Shown here piece by piece: positions 12,900-38,366 of a stretch of 63,700 nt of DNA (positions are counted from its first letter, which is position 1; the number at the start of each line of letters is the position of its first letter). Location of the stretch: the NCBI GenBank assembly GCA_051294375.1, contig CM119265.1, positions 19,395,942 to 19,459,641 of the forward strand, in the 5' to 3' direction. The DNA is from Paraspadella gotoi (Eukaryota > Animalia > Chaetognatha). The notes beneath the pieces are model-generated. The model saw nothing but the letters and a program-made list of their open reading frames with translations. It did not search any database and had not been told where the DNA came from. The position numbers and the translations under genes were made by a program.

Positions 12900-15800
12900 A
12901 TGAACTTCAACGCAGCTTGGGTTCAGGGATACTCAGGCAGCGACATATTCTACATCAACCCCCAAACCATCGCGTTTCTTTGCGGTCGACACGTCAAGTT
13001 TCACGATGTCTCGTCGGGCGAAGAGAGCGTGTTCACTGGAACAGGCGAGGGTATCTCGGCATTCGCCGCCAGTCAGGCCAACTCGGTCTTTGCCGTCAGC
13101 GACATCTCGCCTCAGCCGAACATTCGAGTCGTCAACTACCCCGACTTCGAAGTCGTATCCATCCTCGAAGACGGCGCCAATTTAGACTATCACACCCTAG
13201 CTTTAAGCACAGGCGAGGCACTGGCCTCTCTCTCAACCCAGCCGGATTTTCGCCTGACGATATGGAACTTCGTCGCCGGCATTCAGATGTGCCAGATGAC
13301 TCTAAATCCCTTTCACTCTTTCGACGATTCGGCCAAAATCTCCTTTTCGCCCATCAACTGGCGCCAACTCTGCCTGGCCTCCAAGCGCGATCTTTTGTTG
13401 TGGTCCGTGGAGCAGAGCGACACCAAATTTCTCCTGGTGAAGCAAATCGTACACGTCCCGGCAACCGACGGCTCCGATCCTTTGGGCGCCGCCGATCGCG
13501 CCACTACTAAAGGCGTACGTGCCCGATCGGCTTTCGGCGTTGTGCCGCGTCGCCATGAAGCCAACTTCTCGGAGAACCCCCTTACCTCTCCCGACGCGGA
13601 GCTGCCCGACTATGCCATAGCGGGTGTAATTGGAGACTTGGTCCCTCGCTTCAACTCGCGCCTGGCGCCTCCCCTTTGCCGTCCCGTTTCGCATGCTTGG
13701 TCGGCCAAGGGCGACTTGTTAGTCGGCTGTGAGGAGGGTCAGCTCCTTCGCGTCGACGTTGAAGGCGCCACCGCGTCGCTCATCTTCCGCCCTGTCGACG
13801 CCGATGAGCTCGTCGGTGCCGGAAGAGAATCCTCCCTCAGTGGTGGCGGCGCCGCCAGCGCTATGAGCGGCGCGGTTATCATCCGCGAGGGCGGATTTCA
13901 ATGCATGGCGCTTCACCGCGACGGCCTCTACGTGGGCGGTACCGACGGAATCCTTCGAATCGTCGATGTCTCATCCCCGACAGAGATTTCGATTCTCGGT
14001 TCCCACATCGTCGGCGCCGCCGTCAACACCCTCACCTTCGACGCCGCCTACGACCACTTGGCGCTGGGCTCGCCGCAAGCCGTCCACGTCCTCGACGTCG
14101 TTTCGCAGAATCTCTCATCGATCGCCGACGAGGGATTCGGGGCCTTCGTCGGCGTAGAAATTCTCGCGCCTTCCTCCTCTCACGTGGTTACGGCTCGGGA
14201 GACGGGTCTCCTTCAGACCTGGAATCGTCGCAATGGACAACCAGCCGGAGTAATTAACGTCTTCGCGTCCGTTTTGAGCTTGGCGGCGTCTCCTACCGTA
14301 CCCTTTGTCGGCTGCGGTCTGACTTCTGGGCGTCTCTGCGTCGTCGATCTCTCCAAAGCGGATCAACCTCGAATCGTCCACGAGGAAAAGCTTCATCGCG
14401 GTCCTGTTGTCTCCCTGGCCTTTGACCCCAAGGGACAAGTCCTGGTTACTGGTTCGACTGACAACGTTATTTATGTCATCAACGCTTCTCCGTCGAAAAA
14501 ATTCGAAATTCTGGGATACGTGACGGCGGTCACTGGCGTCGTCGCTGAGCTGTCCCTCTCCCTCTCGCCGGGATTGACGACCGATAACGACAAATTTAGG
14601 GTACAAAAAGTTTTTGGTTTTGTTTGTCCAAATGTCCGTTTGTCCGTTACGTCTTAACCTAAAAAATATTGTTTATTAAAAATGTAATATTTGTTTTATT
14701 TTTCAAAAATTCGAATCGACTGAGCCGAATATTTTATTTCACTCGTTTTGCTTTCTTCCCTCAAAAGGTCGTCGCCGGGCTGCGCACCGATCCTACTGAA
14801 GGAAAAGCTTGTCAGAGAATTCTGGTTTTTGAGTTCCCGATGTCCTTGGCCAAAGCACCTTCCTCCTTTCACGCCGGCGCCTCCCGGGAATTCAAGGATC
14901 AGGATATTCAACGCTCGTCGCACCCGCTTCCCGGCACGACCATCGGAATCGCCTACACTTACCTTTACCACACCATCAACCCGCACTACATCTTCACGCT
15001 GCGCGGTACCCAACTGCTCAAGGCCGAGATTCCGCCGCTGAACCCGGCCCGAAAAGCCACCGTCGAAGTTCGCCTGCCCATCAAGATCTTCGCTGGCCAC
15101 ACCGTAGAAGGAGGCGGCGCCCGAATGACCCCCGCCCACGATTTTCTCGTCACCTTTGGTTCCGACGGATACGTTAATTTGCGCGAGGTCCGTAGTAATT
15201 TCTTTCGCCGTAGTAGACATATGGTCATGCGTCTCTTCGTTAATCCGCTCTAGGTTTCTGGCATCGAATCCAACGGCGCCGTTTTCACCTTTCGGCCTCA
15301 TGATTTTCGTCGCGGTGCCATTATTAACGTCTGCGTCACACCGGATCTCAGATACGTCTTCACCGTCGGAGTGGACGGCGTTCTCACCTCTTATAAGTGG
15401 AATTCCGGTTGTAGTCCAAAGACTCCCAACTGGACCATCGACGCTGCGTGGCAGCAGCAAGAGGCACAGGTTTGTCAATTTTGTCGGAGCAAGTGCCGGA
15501 TTCAATTATCTTCGTATATCGTTTGAACGTATTAACAATTTGAATATTTAGGCATTGACGCGCATGCGCGAGTCGCCGACCCCGCGCCCCGTATCGATGC
15601 CAGAATCGGGACGCAGTAGCGACTCGGCAGCGGTTGTAGAATTTCCCGCCGAGGAGGAAATGACGTGGATCGAAAAGCGAATCGCCGAGGCCGTTAAGGA
15701 AGAAGATAAGCTCTACGCCAAGCAGAAGCAGGGACTTCGAAATGAAATCGGAGAAGTGAAGAGGCAGTTGGGGGTGCGTTGTTGTAGTAGTTTTGGTTGT

Positions 15801-18800
15801 TGTTATTCGCCATATCAGGACAATTAGGAGAAATCTAAATGTAGATTCCGATTTTTTGTATCAGTTGATGATGAAGCTCAACTACAGTCGTCCGAAGTTC
15901 GAACAGTTGGGACGCGATGAATTTGAACTGGACATGGATGAAAAAGCCAGGATCGAGGCGGAGGCCGCAGACAGGTGGATCGGCGCTTTTTTTACAAACG
16001 TCAAACAAGGTGTTCCTTTAATAAAGGCTTTATTCCATTTTTCTTTTTTCCTCTCAGATTTCAAAAGATTCGGGAGGACATTCGCTACGAAAATCTTGGA
16101 AAGATGTACAAGCGCGACCTGATAAAACAAGAATGTTGGGATTCCATGACGACGAAGGGAAGATCGCTCAGAGCGTTCAACACGACTCTAGTTGTAGCCA
16201 ATTATCCTCTCAGGCACGCCCCTTTTAAAGAGTCTCATTGTTAATGATAAAATTATTAAAATTATTTATTTTTTATTATCAGGGCCAGATCCAAGGAAGA
16301 GTTGGATGAGATTCAGTTTGTCATCAACTTGAGAAAGATCGAAAAGGAAGAGGTGGAGTTGAGAAAAGAGTTCGTTGTAGAGGAAAAGGAGGTGGTTGAG
16401 GATGAAGAGGAGGAGCAGGAACCCGTGGAGGAGGAGGAGGAAGATGCGGTTGAGTCTCCGGCGATACAGGGTAGTCTGGGGGCTGAGTTTGGTGGAGGTT
16501 CCGAATATTTTTACAGGTTATTGTTACTTCTTAAGATTTTTTTGAAACTCCTTCCAAAAAAATGTTTCTTGTATATTTTATTCGTAAAATAACATTTCAG
16601 TCAGTTCGATTTGCACACCCGGGCGCAAAAAGTCAACCAAATCATTCTTCTACAAGGTAATGAACCATTTGTTTCTATTTTTCTGTTTTCCCTTATACAT
16701 ATACTAACCCCTTATTATTTGCGATCTAGACGCCATCTATCGGATTCGTGAAACCTTCAACAAGGAGTTTAACCACGTATTCGCGGTGAAGGAACAACAG
16801 GTTCATATATATAATAAGCATAAAACAAAATTGACCAAGTTCCAGTTGATAACATCTCTCGTCCCCTCCACCACCTCCGCTCGCAGATTCTCAAGATTCA
16901 AGAGAAAAACAGGCGAATTAAGAAAATCTTGAAGGATCTGGACATCGCGGATCGCGAGGTCTACGAGCCGGAGTTGGCGCCCGATGAAAAGCCCGAACTG
17001 CTGCTCACTGTTGCCGATGAAGAGGTCAAAGTCGAGAAGTACATCAGCCCCGAGATGAAGGCCTACATAGTGGAGCAGGTTCGTTATTATTTGATTGAAG
17101 AATGAAGATTATGCAAAGAGATATTGATCGCCTTTGTCGAAACAAAGGCTCGGATTAAAGAAGAAGAACGACTGGCGAAACTGGGCGACAACGCGAGAGA
17201 GCGCGCCTTGGAGCAAATGATGGGAGGCGTTTTGGAGGTGAAGAAGGAGGACGAGCTGAAACGCGACATCCCTCCTCCGGCCTTCGTCGTCGGACCCGAG
17301 GCCAAGGAAGAGGATGATTGGAACGATGACGAAAAAAATCAGTTCAAAGAGTACGAGCGTAAGGTGAGTCGAACCTAGGTGAGAGTTCGATTTTCACGAG
17401 AACCCTCGATTATCACCCTTTTGTTTTGCCCTCATCTCGTTAGGTGAAAGAGCTCAACGAAGAAAGAGAAAAGTTCCGCAAACAGCTGGAGACGGAGCTG
17501 AAGAAAGGGCAAGCGAGCATCATCGAGACGGTACAGCAATTTGACGAACAGCACACCAAAATCTTTCTAAAGAAAGTCAAGACGGAAATGGTCATTTCTC
17601 AAGAAGAGATGAAGATTCTGAGGATCAGGAAAATGTTGTTAATGGGTAAGATAAGATAAGATAAGATAATATAAGATAAGATTCTTTCTTTGTTTATCTT
17701 TGTATATCTTGTTTTTTTCTAATCTAATTCCTGTTTCAATGTGAACAGACGAAGAACTCGACATCCGAGAAAAAGAATTGGTTCGTCAACTCGAGGAAAA
17801 GCGGACAGCAAGAGGGCAGGCGACGCAAGCGGCGACAGAGGCCCGCAAAATGCAGGAAGCGATGCGGGACCAGTACGACATTTTCGTCGCCGAGGACAGG
17901 GTCATGGAGAAAAGCTTCCGCAAAGATTTTCCTGACTGCTCCGCCGCAATGGTTGAGCAGTTGTTCAAGCTGTACAAGAAGAGGCCACGGGGACGAGGTC
18001 TCGGCGCCGCGGCTCAGACTGGCGCCGGCTTCGACTTCGTATCCGGAAACGAAACCGGAAACCCTTATGGCGACAGGCCGGCGACCGCAGAGCGCAGGAG
18101 GTTGGCGGCGGCGGCAATGGAGTCTGCCTTGCAAGAACTCGACGATGTATCGAACAAACCGGATAATTGCAACATGGATTTATGGCAGCGACTTTGCCAA
18201 ACCAGGAGGGCCAAGATAGATTCCGAACAACAGGTAAGAACTTTTCAATTGAAAAAGGTCATCGCGTAATGAAACTTTTTTGCAGTGCTGTATATGATGT
18301 TATGCACATTCAGGTTAAACAAAAAGCATTGGTCTTGGCGCAAATGGCGGCGTTTACGGTGAAGAGGCAGGAGGAGGACGAAAGGTTGAAGGGCCAAATC
18401 GAGGAACTCATCACCGCGTTGAGCAAACTCAACGATACCAGACTCAAATTCACGATCGATAACCAGGTTCCTCTTTATAAAGTGTCCTCGCATCGCGTTA
18501 ATTCATTTTTTCAATATGACCCGAGGGATTTATCGCGTGACCGGAGTATGTTCTCTCGAATCACGTTCGGCGACGTGGTCAGGAATTCATTTTCTATCGC
18601 AAATATTCGCCTTGTTCGTGCGGAAACTCCAATGCGTTTTTTCGTTTTTTAAAACTTTTTTTTCTTTCTTAATTCTGAATCGGTTGTCGAAAATAATAAT
18701 ATATTATAGTAGCTTTTATTAGGTTATTCTACGAGATTAAGACAATTTCACCGTTTCTACCTCCTCTATAATCCATCTTATTTTCCCTTTCCACAGATCC

Positions 18801-19295
18801 AACTGCTGATCAAACAGGGTCAAGTGGAGATCGATATGAGCGTGCCGATCTACGACTACTCGACGTCGGTGTTAATTCACCGCGGGGTAGTCGAAGAATT
18901 GAACGGCGCCATCAGAGCCTTGGGAGAGTCCAAGATCCTCTCCATGGTCGAGAGTAAGGACTTCCGCAAAGGCATCGTTCAGGTGAGACGGAAATATTTG
19001 TTGTCGATTGTTGCCGATGGCGATGGTTTAAAGTCGAATAACTAAAAACGTGACACATTCACATGAGTTATTTTTCCCCGTCAGCTCGAGTGGGAGCAGA
19101 AGAAGTGCCAGATGCGAATGGAGGATCTTTGCGATCGCGCCCGGGACATTCAGATGCTCAAGGTCACTCGGGATATTCAGTCTTATTTGGCTACAGAGGA
19201 TCACGAAGCCAAAAAAGCCCAAGAGATTCAAGTGAGGAAGATGGGCACGAACGGGGTCGTAAGTTCGTTGATTGAAGGAAATAGATTTTTCTTTT

Positions 19296-19338
<43 letters not shown>

Positions 19339-19353
19339 TTTCTTCTTTCTTTT

Positions 19354-19394
<41 letters not shown>

Positions 19395-20243
19395 TTTCTT
19401 TTTCTTTCTTTCTTTCTTTCTTTCCCCATTCTTCTTCTTTCTTTCTTTCTTCTTTCCCATTCCTTCTCTTCTTTCTTTCTTTCCCCATTCCTTCTTTTCT
19501 TTCTTTCCCCATTCCTTCTTTCTTTCTTTCTTTATTTCCCCATTCCTTCTTTCTTTCTTTCCCCATTCCTTCTTTCTTTCTCTCACCTTTTTTGAAATAA
19601 TATTGGTTGAACCAATTTCATACCAATTTTCGGGGCAAGATAGCTTGTTTATTACATGAATGGATAATTTTTATATTGGTTGTACCAATTTCATATGTAT
19701 ATCGTTTAATTCTTCTGCGGGAAAAGACCAAAAAAAAATATTTTAAAATTTTTTACTTTTTCCACCAAGAGTCTGGAGGAGTCCCTCTCCGTGCAAGACC
19801 GAACAGCACGCAAGGAGATTAAGCAAAAGCAGAAGGTGCTGAGGGAGAAACAGAAGGCGATCGAAGGACGGATGCGGGAGAATGCGGATCTCGACGCCGA
19901 GTTGGAGACCCTCAACGTGGCCGTCAACGAGAGGCGCCACGTCAACGAAGCCACCGCCGCCGATAGCGTTGAGATCGAACGTCTCAAGAGGATGAAGGCC
20001 CTCGTCCAGGTGGGTTATGTATATGTATTTTATTTCTGCATCTCGATTTATTTTTTGGTAATTTTTTGTTCTTTCACTTTTATTTTTATTTCAATGCCAA
20101 AATTTCAATTTTTTGTTTTCCTGCAGAGGCGACGTCTGGTGGACGTCGCCAAATCCCAGGCGCAGGAGGTCGCACTTTTGCGAGCGGAAGTGGAACGAAT
20201 GCGAATGAGGACGTTCCCCGCTCTCGTGCAAATAGAACATTGA
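12900..20243 (+). CDS. CFAP43: Cilia- and flagella-associated protein 43 (WD40 + coiled coil), ~18 exons
   Basis: N-terminal WVQGY..WD40 repeats ([11 protein letters not shown]); IKQECWDSM; [18 protein letters not shown]; [10 protein letters not shown]; C-terminal [16 protein letters not shown]. First exon 12900-14600, last exon 20127-20243. Confidence 0.93.
19286..19590. repeat. (TTTC)n / TTTCCCCATTCC low-complexity tract in a CFAP43 intron
   Basis: Direct inspection. Confidence 0.9.
19601..19697 (+). repeat. Copy of the ~83-bp repeat also at 61645 and 61972
   Basis: GGGGCAAGATAGCTT..TGAATGGATAATTTTTATATTGGTTGTACCAATTTCATA, preceded by a partial 3' end copy. Confidence 0.85.
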
Positions 20244-20725
20244 CTGTTTTAGAATTAGTAATTTAATCAAATGCATGCAAGTGTAGCGAAGTAAAAATTT
20301 AAGAACACACCCCAAGAATCCAAATACGTTTGTTTTATTTTTTTTTATTTAGCGACGTTTTAGTGTTTGCTCGCACAGTTTACTCTCTGACGATTAATAT
20401 TTTTATATTACCGGCCTATACACGAGATTTATTTGACTAAAATTCTAATTGTGAAGTACAATCAAGCCTTTTACGCAGTCAATTTTTTTAATTAATAATC
20501 CGTCCTTTTATTATTAACGACTTGTGATAACAGTATTAAAACCAAACACCGAAATTATTCTAGTCTTATATAAAGGAAACAACGAGTCATTAGGTGATCC
20601 TAAAGTTTTGTGTAATTTATGTCTACAATCACGAAAGTTTTTTTTTACTAACTGTAGTAGTGTAATTTAAAATAACTTTATAAACAATACAAACTGATCG
20701 ACGATAAATAACCGATAAATAAAAA

Positions 20726-22383
20726 ATGGAAGATTGGAAGGACAAATACGCATTTTGCGTCGATTGGTACGACCCCATGGCCGCCTACGTCCGCAAGTTT
20801 TGCCTCGTCTTTTATCTGACCGATAACAGCGTCGAGATCTTCGACGTCAAATCCAAGAAGCTCTTTCTCAAAAGAACCAAAGTCGACGAAATTGCGCTGT
20901 CTGATCTTTACATCGGATCCACGATCAACGTTTTTTCGCGTCAATTCGTCGTCACCGACTACGGAAACGTCTACACGAAAAAGGCGAGTTGGTTTTTTCT
21001 CTCTCGATTTAAAAAAAAAAATAGCGAGACTAGTGACAATGTTTAAAATTTTTTTTTTAGTCGCTGGGAACGTGCAAAGAAACGACCTTTGGCATGATCA
21101 AACCGGACTCTGTCTCCAAGATGGGGGAGATCGTGGATCTGATTCTTTCGAGCGGAATGCTCATTACCAAATTCAAGAAAGTCCAGTTGGACAGGTTAGT
21201 CACTGTCGCCGAGCGAGAAATTAACTAATTAATTATTTAATTAAATTAATTAATTATTAACTAATTAAATTAATTAAAACGTCTTCGCACCCAACATTTT
21301 TTTAAATTTTCTTTTACAGAACCGAAGCGGTAGCGTTTTACAAAGAAAAGCAGACGGATCCAAATTTTAGCAGCATGGTCAATTTCCTCATCGGCGGCCA
21401 TTGCATTGCCATGGAACTTCTGGGCGACGGTGCCGTCTGCAAGTGGCGCGATATGGTCGGTCCCACTGATCCTGCCGAGGCGCGCCGCTCGGCTCCTCAG
21501 AGCATTCGAGCGCGCTTCGGAAAAGACCTGCTGCAGAACGGCGCCCATTCTTCAGATTCGCCCGAGCAGGCCGCGAAGGAGATCGAGTTTTTTTTCCCCA
21601 CGAGTGGTGAGTTACGTGAAACTGAAACTTCTCTTACATAAGTATCACATTTATTCTTCCGAATGTTATCACTTTCACCAGGACCCGCCCGAAAAAACAC
21701 GGCCGCCTTCGAAAGCTCAACTTGCGTCGTCGTCAAACCCCACGCCATCCGAGACGGAAAACCCGGCGAAATCCTCAAGGCAATTACTGACGCCGGCATG
21801 AACATCTCAGCCATCACCATGTTTCGGTATGATCACTGATGAGCTTTGTCGGTAGGATATTTGTTTTGTTGCGTTTTATTTTACATTTCAATGTTATTGT
21901 TATTGACAGCCTCGGTCGCGCCACCTGTGAGGAATTTTTCGAAGTTTACAAAGGAGTCGTTAGCGAATACGGTGACATGGTGGACGAACTGTGCTCTGGA
22001 CCTTGTCTTGCGATGGAGGTAAGTTTATCCTTAAGAGAATGAAGATTGAAGAGCGAAAAAAGTTAAAATGTTTTTTCTTTTTGTTTGAGGTGAGAACCGA
22101 AAATGCGCCCAAATCCGTTAGAGACTTTTGCGGCCCAGCCGACCCGGAAATCGCTCGTCATCTCAGGCCTAAAGTGAGTCTGAAATTTTTTCAAAAAGAA
22201 ATCCATATCGGCTGTTGTAATATACAAAATTAATTGTAAACAATTATTCCCTATCTCTCTTACTCTCAGTCTTTGCGCGCCATGTTCGGAAAGGACAAAG
22301 TGCGCAACGCCGTCCATGTAACCGATCTGCCGGAAGACGCTCAGCTTGAAGTCGAATACTTTTTCAAGATTCTCGACCGTTGA
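20726..22383 (+). CDS. NME7: Nucleoside diphosphate kinase 7 (DM10 + 2 NDK domains), 7 exons
   Basis: DM10 domain (DWYDP..FYLTDNSVEIFDVKSKKLFLKRT), TFGMIKPD, SIRARFGKD..NGAHSSDS, CGPADPEIARHLRP, NAVHVTDLPEDAQLEVEYFFKIL*. Confidence 0.95.
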
Positions 22384-22644
22384 GTTTTCAACTCGAGAGG
22401 ATTCAAAAATCTAGTCTTAATAATTAATTATTTTCTTGAATCCCGCGTCAAGGGTTTCTCAATGCTGCCATTCCTTTTTGCCTTCCTTTTTTTAAATTCC
22501 TGTACTTATTTTGTGCGAAATTCAACTTGATTTTTTTTATAAATATGATGATAAATCCTTATAAGGATGATGAACTGATGCTCAAAAAACAATATCATTT
22601 AAAAACCCTTTGCGATCACTAACTGAAGCTTAAGCGTGACCGCG

Positions 22645-34761
<12,117 letters not shown>

Positions 34762-35175
34762 AAATTTCGGGAGTTTGGGATAGACTTAAACAGTGATCGC
34801 CGTATTACTGCTCCATTAAAACGGTCCTTCGATTTTCGTGGCAACGATCATCCGTCCAAACTATAGACGATTCCGTCCACCGTTTGCTCAATCGAAGATA
34901 TATATATCGAAGATATAACAATCGATCCAACTTTCAAACTGGTTCTGGATAACGTGATCTCGAAAACAATGAATTTCAAAATTTCATGTATATTAGAAGA
35001 GCTTTTACGCTTTTGTCGTTTTGTTTTGATGTATCACTTTTTTACTACACAATTATGGTTTATATTCCTCTAACTTTGCTGAAGTCAAATTTAAAGCATA
35101 AAGCGAGATTGACGTTAAAAACATAACGCGACAATCTTTTTTTTTCAGCTAAGACTTTGACTTAAGTATGTGAAA

Positions 35176-38051
35176 ATGTCTCATCGAGCTGCTGGTGGTG
35201 CTCAATCCAAACTTTCAAAAACCGAAAAAAAGGGTGAAGGTGAGTATTAAGAATTTTTATAAAACGGGACTTGTCCGGAAGTTGAACCTCTCGCACACTA
35301 AGCGAGAATCATACAACTAGAACAACGATCAATGCCTTAATATCTCTAGGAAAAGGAAGAGAAGCAACCCCGCTGGTCACCAACGAAATCGTGCCCGGTC
35401 GCCTAAACGAGTCCGAGTGGAGTCTCCTTCTCGATCGCGACGAAGGGCAGGACTTCGCCGCAGAGGTCGTCGCCGAGGTTGTCGAGGCCGTCATCGGGTA
35501 AAGAATGACTCGGAACCAGTGATGATTGGTCATATTAATAGCTGGTAAGCATTGATCAATAAGTAAAATTACTCATCGTTTCCTTTAGGATATCCTACGA
35601 CTCTTACCTGGACATTGCCGTCATTCCTTACACCGTCGACCATTTCCAAGTGCTGCTGGAGGAAGTGGTCGAGGCTGAATTCCCGATCTGCGACGTCGGC
35701 GAACCTTTGTTGGCCAGGTAACGGGTTTGTTTTTGGCGAAATTGTTTCGTGTATTTCGATAGATCGAATCGTTGATAATCAATCATCAAAACTACAGCGA
35801 CGACGTCGACGTCATCGTCTCCAACGCGGATTTAGCGGGACGAGAAGCGGGCGAGGCTGGAGGCAAGGCCCTCGCGATGACGCCGCATCCTAAGCTCGAG
35901 GATGCGTCGTGGTTGGAAGACGCAGAGCCCTTGTGCGGCATTACGGACTCTTGGGCGCAAGGATCCGTCCCTGTACAGAAAAGTGGAGCGGATTCTAGAA
36001 CAGCATCGAGGTGAATGCAGTTTATAATTGCGTGCGAAATTCAGTATTTGACATTTATTTTACACGCAGATAAAATGTTTTCATTCTCATAATTTTCCTA
36101 ACTGATAATCTACGTACTTCAAAGTTATGGCAACGGGGCGTCATATGTGATGCCCGGGGTGTGAGGCATCTCCCGACAGCCGGCGCTCAGGGCTTTGGAA
36201 CTGCAGTGTCCACCCCATGTCACTTTAACCAGCGTGACCGTGATGGGAACTCACGGCTGTCCACGCCAATGGGACGAGCCGTGTTTCACCAAGCTTGTTA
36301 GGATTCGCCACTAAGTTTTAATTTAAAAAAATTTAGAATCTCCGTTTTGGTGGAGGAGGAACACGGCCTTGAGGAGATGGCGCCCGATGTCGACGAATCC
36401 GACCGCATCATTCCGACTCGTGGAACTCCGCTTGGGCAAGGTCGTGGAATAAAAAATCAGGGTTTAAATTGTTTATCAACGCAACGTTTTATTTCATATA
36501 AAGAATTCTTAATCGAGCAGGTGTCCCCTCCGACCCCGTCGTCAGTGCCGACGCCAACGCCATCACGTGCCATTCCACGAGCCCGTGCCCGCCCAAGTTT
36601 CCTTGGGAGGGCAAGAGCGGAAAGTCGTCCACGAGAGCAAGGAGAAAATTAAAGAAAAAGCCGGTAATGGTTTTGCCAAGTGGCATCAAAGTTCTCGATT
36701 AAACAACTCCCTCTCGCCACTCCCCCCCCCCCCGTTTTCATTTCAAAAGCCCGACGAAATTTCATCATCCCTCGTCTCGACGTCTTCGGCGCCCGAAGGC
36801 ACCAAAGCTCCCACGGGCGACGTCTTTCTCTCCAACAGCTCTATTCACTCCCAGTTCGCCCCACTGTTGCCGCGTTACTCGGGCGCTATGGTCAAGGCGC
36901 AGAACGGAAGGCCACCCGGCTTTAAAGACATCACTTACGATGAAGTACAAAATAAATGAATAAATTTTGTAATTAAAATGTCAAAATTAAAATGGAATGC
37001 CACTCATCTTAGTTGGGAAACGTTGTGGGCGTGGCGAGAATCGATCCGGATTCTTTGCCGGATCATCGCATCAAGACGAGAGTCACTTTTACAGCTGCTG
37101 CTTCCGAATTTGCTGATGACGAGGTAAGGAGCGAAAAAAAGAAAATTTCCTTTTTCGGCTTACGGACAAAGCGGTTTCTCGAATTCTTTCAGTCCTCCTC
37201 GCGGTTATCATCTCGATTGCGGCCGAACGCTTCCCTTAAACCGGCGCGACTTGCCTCCATCGGCTCCAAATTTGGCGACGGATGTTCAATTTCCCCGCCC
37301 CCCATTCCGTCCATGCCCACCCTTGACGACATTGTTTTTCCTCTGGCGTCATCGCAGTATGGTACATTGACGACAGCTCCCGACTCTTCGGCCGCCAACA
37401 GGACAACTTTGGTACAGTTAATCTAGCTGATTAGTTTATTTACTACCTACCTTTTTTATACTTAAAAAAATTAAGCTTTGCTATTTATTGCTTCCGCTTT
37501 TTTTTAGCGCGTACTAACAAATTTTTTTCCCTTTAAGTTTTAAATCCATTTAGTTAAATTTTTTGTTGATACACTTGCACGGCAGATTGATCACATTCAA
37601 TTATCTCCGGGGGTGGTTGTTCGAGACGGTGAAAAAACCAAAGCAGGACCGGACATCCCGGTAAGAAACCGGTTTCACCCAGAACGCTTCCCTTTTTTTT
37701 AATTTCATTCGCAAAGCGCTTAAAAGATTATATTTATTATTAAAAAAATTGAAACGCTTTCCCCCCCTTCCCATTTCTAAAGCCGCCTGACACGAGCGCC
37801 TTCATGAGGCTGAAAGAAAGTGGAAATGCCATGCAACCCGTTCAAAGTCATCCGTCCTCGAATTTTACTATAAAAGTAACATTTAGATTTTATAGTAAAT
37901 AAGAGTTAATTCGTAATTCTCCATAGACGTTTTCGTTACCAGCGAAAATTTATATTTTCAGGACATGGTGGACAGAAGAACCCCTACTTTAAGACCATTT
38001 CACGACAAACATCTGCTAACAACCGGTCACTACGGAGCCCAGAAAAAGTGA
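35176..38051 (+). CDS. C2orf81: C2orf81-like (DUF4639) protein, multi-exon
   Basis: EIVPGRLNESEWSLLLDRDEGQDF; IPYTV; WLEDAEPLCGITDSWAQGSVPV; AQNGRPPGFKDITYDELGNVV. Exons join in frame to TGA 38049-38051. Confidence 0.8.
36145..36313 (-). mobile_element. Interspersed repeat family B, contiguous copy, in a C2orf81-like intron
   Basis: Reverse complement matches both 26448-26600 and 27276-27353. Confidence 0.65.
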
Positions 38052-38366
38052 TCTTCTGTAGAAATGTGTTTTCTAATCTTTATTGTATTGAAACTAAACA
38101 TCTAGTCATTTCCATGTATCGTTTCTTTATTCGCAGATGACTGTTACTGAAACAGTTTCGCAGTCAGGACCAGCGATAGCTCATATTACAATGACAATAG
38201 TCACATTCACATAAAACAACGGTTAAAATCGTAAAGCCAACTCATTAAAAAAAAAACGATGCTATCGAATAAATTATAACTTTCTAAAGTGAACCGAAGA
38301 GGAGGGAGTTATAAAAAATTATTTTGCTTCAGCAAAAAAATTAAACAAGGACGATGAGTTAATTTA

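Noticed and set aside
14696-15505. 269-aa antisense ORF and other antisense ORFs over CFAP43, AJM1, PRMT9 and SEC24
   Set aside because: Shadow ORFs expected opposite GC-rich coding exons
19028-19600. K/E/R-rich and F/L/S-rich ORFs
   Set aside because: Translations of the (TTTC)n intronic tract
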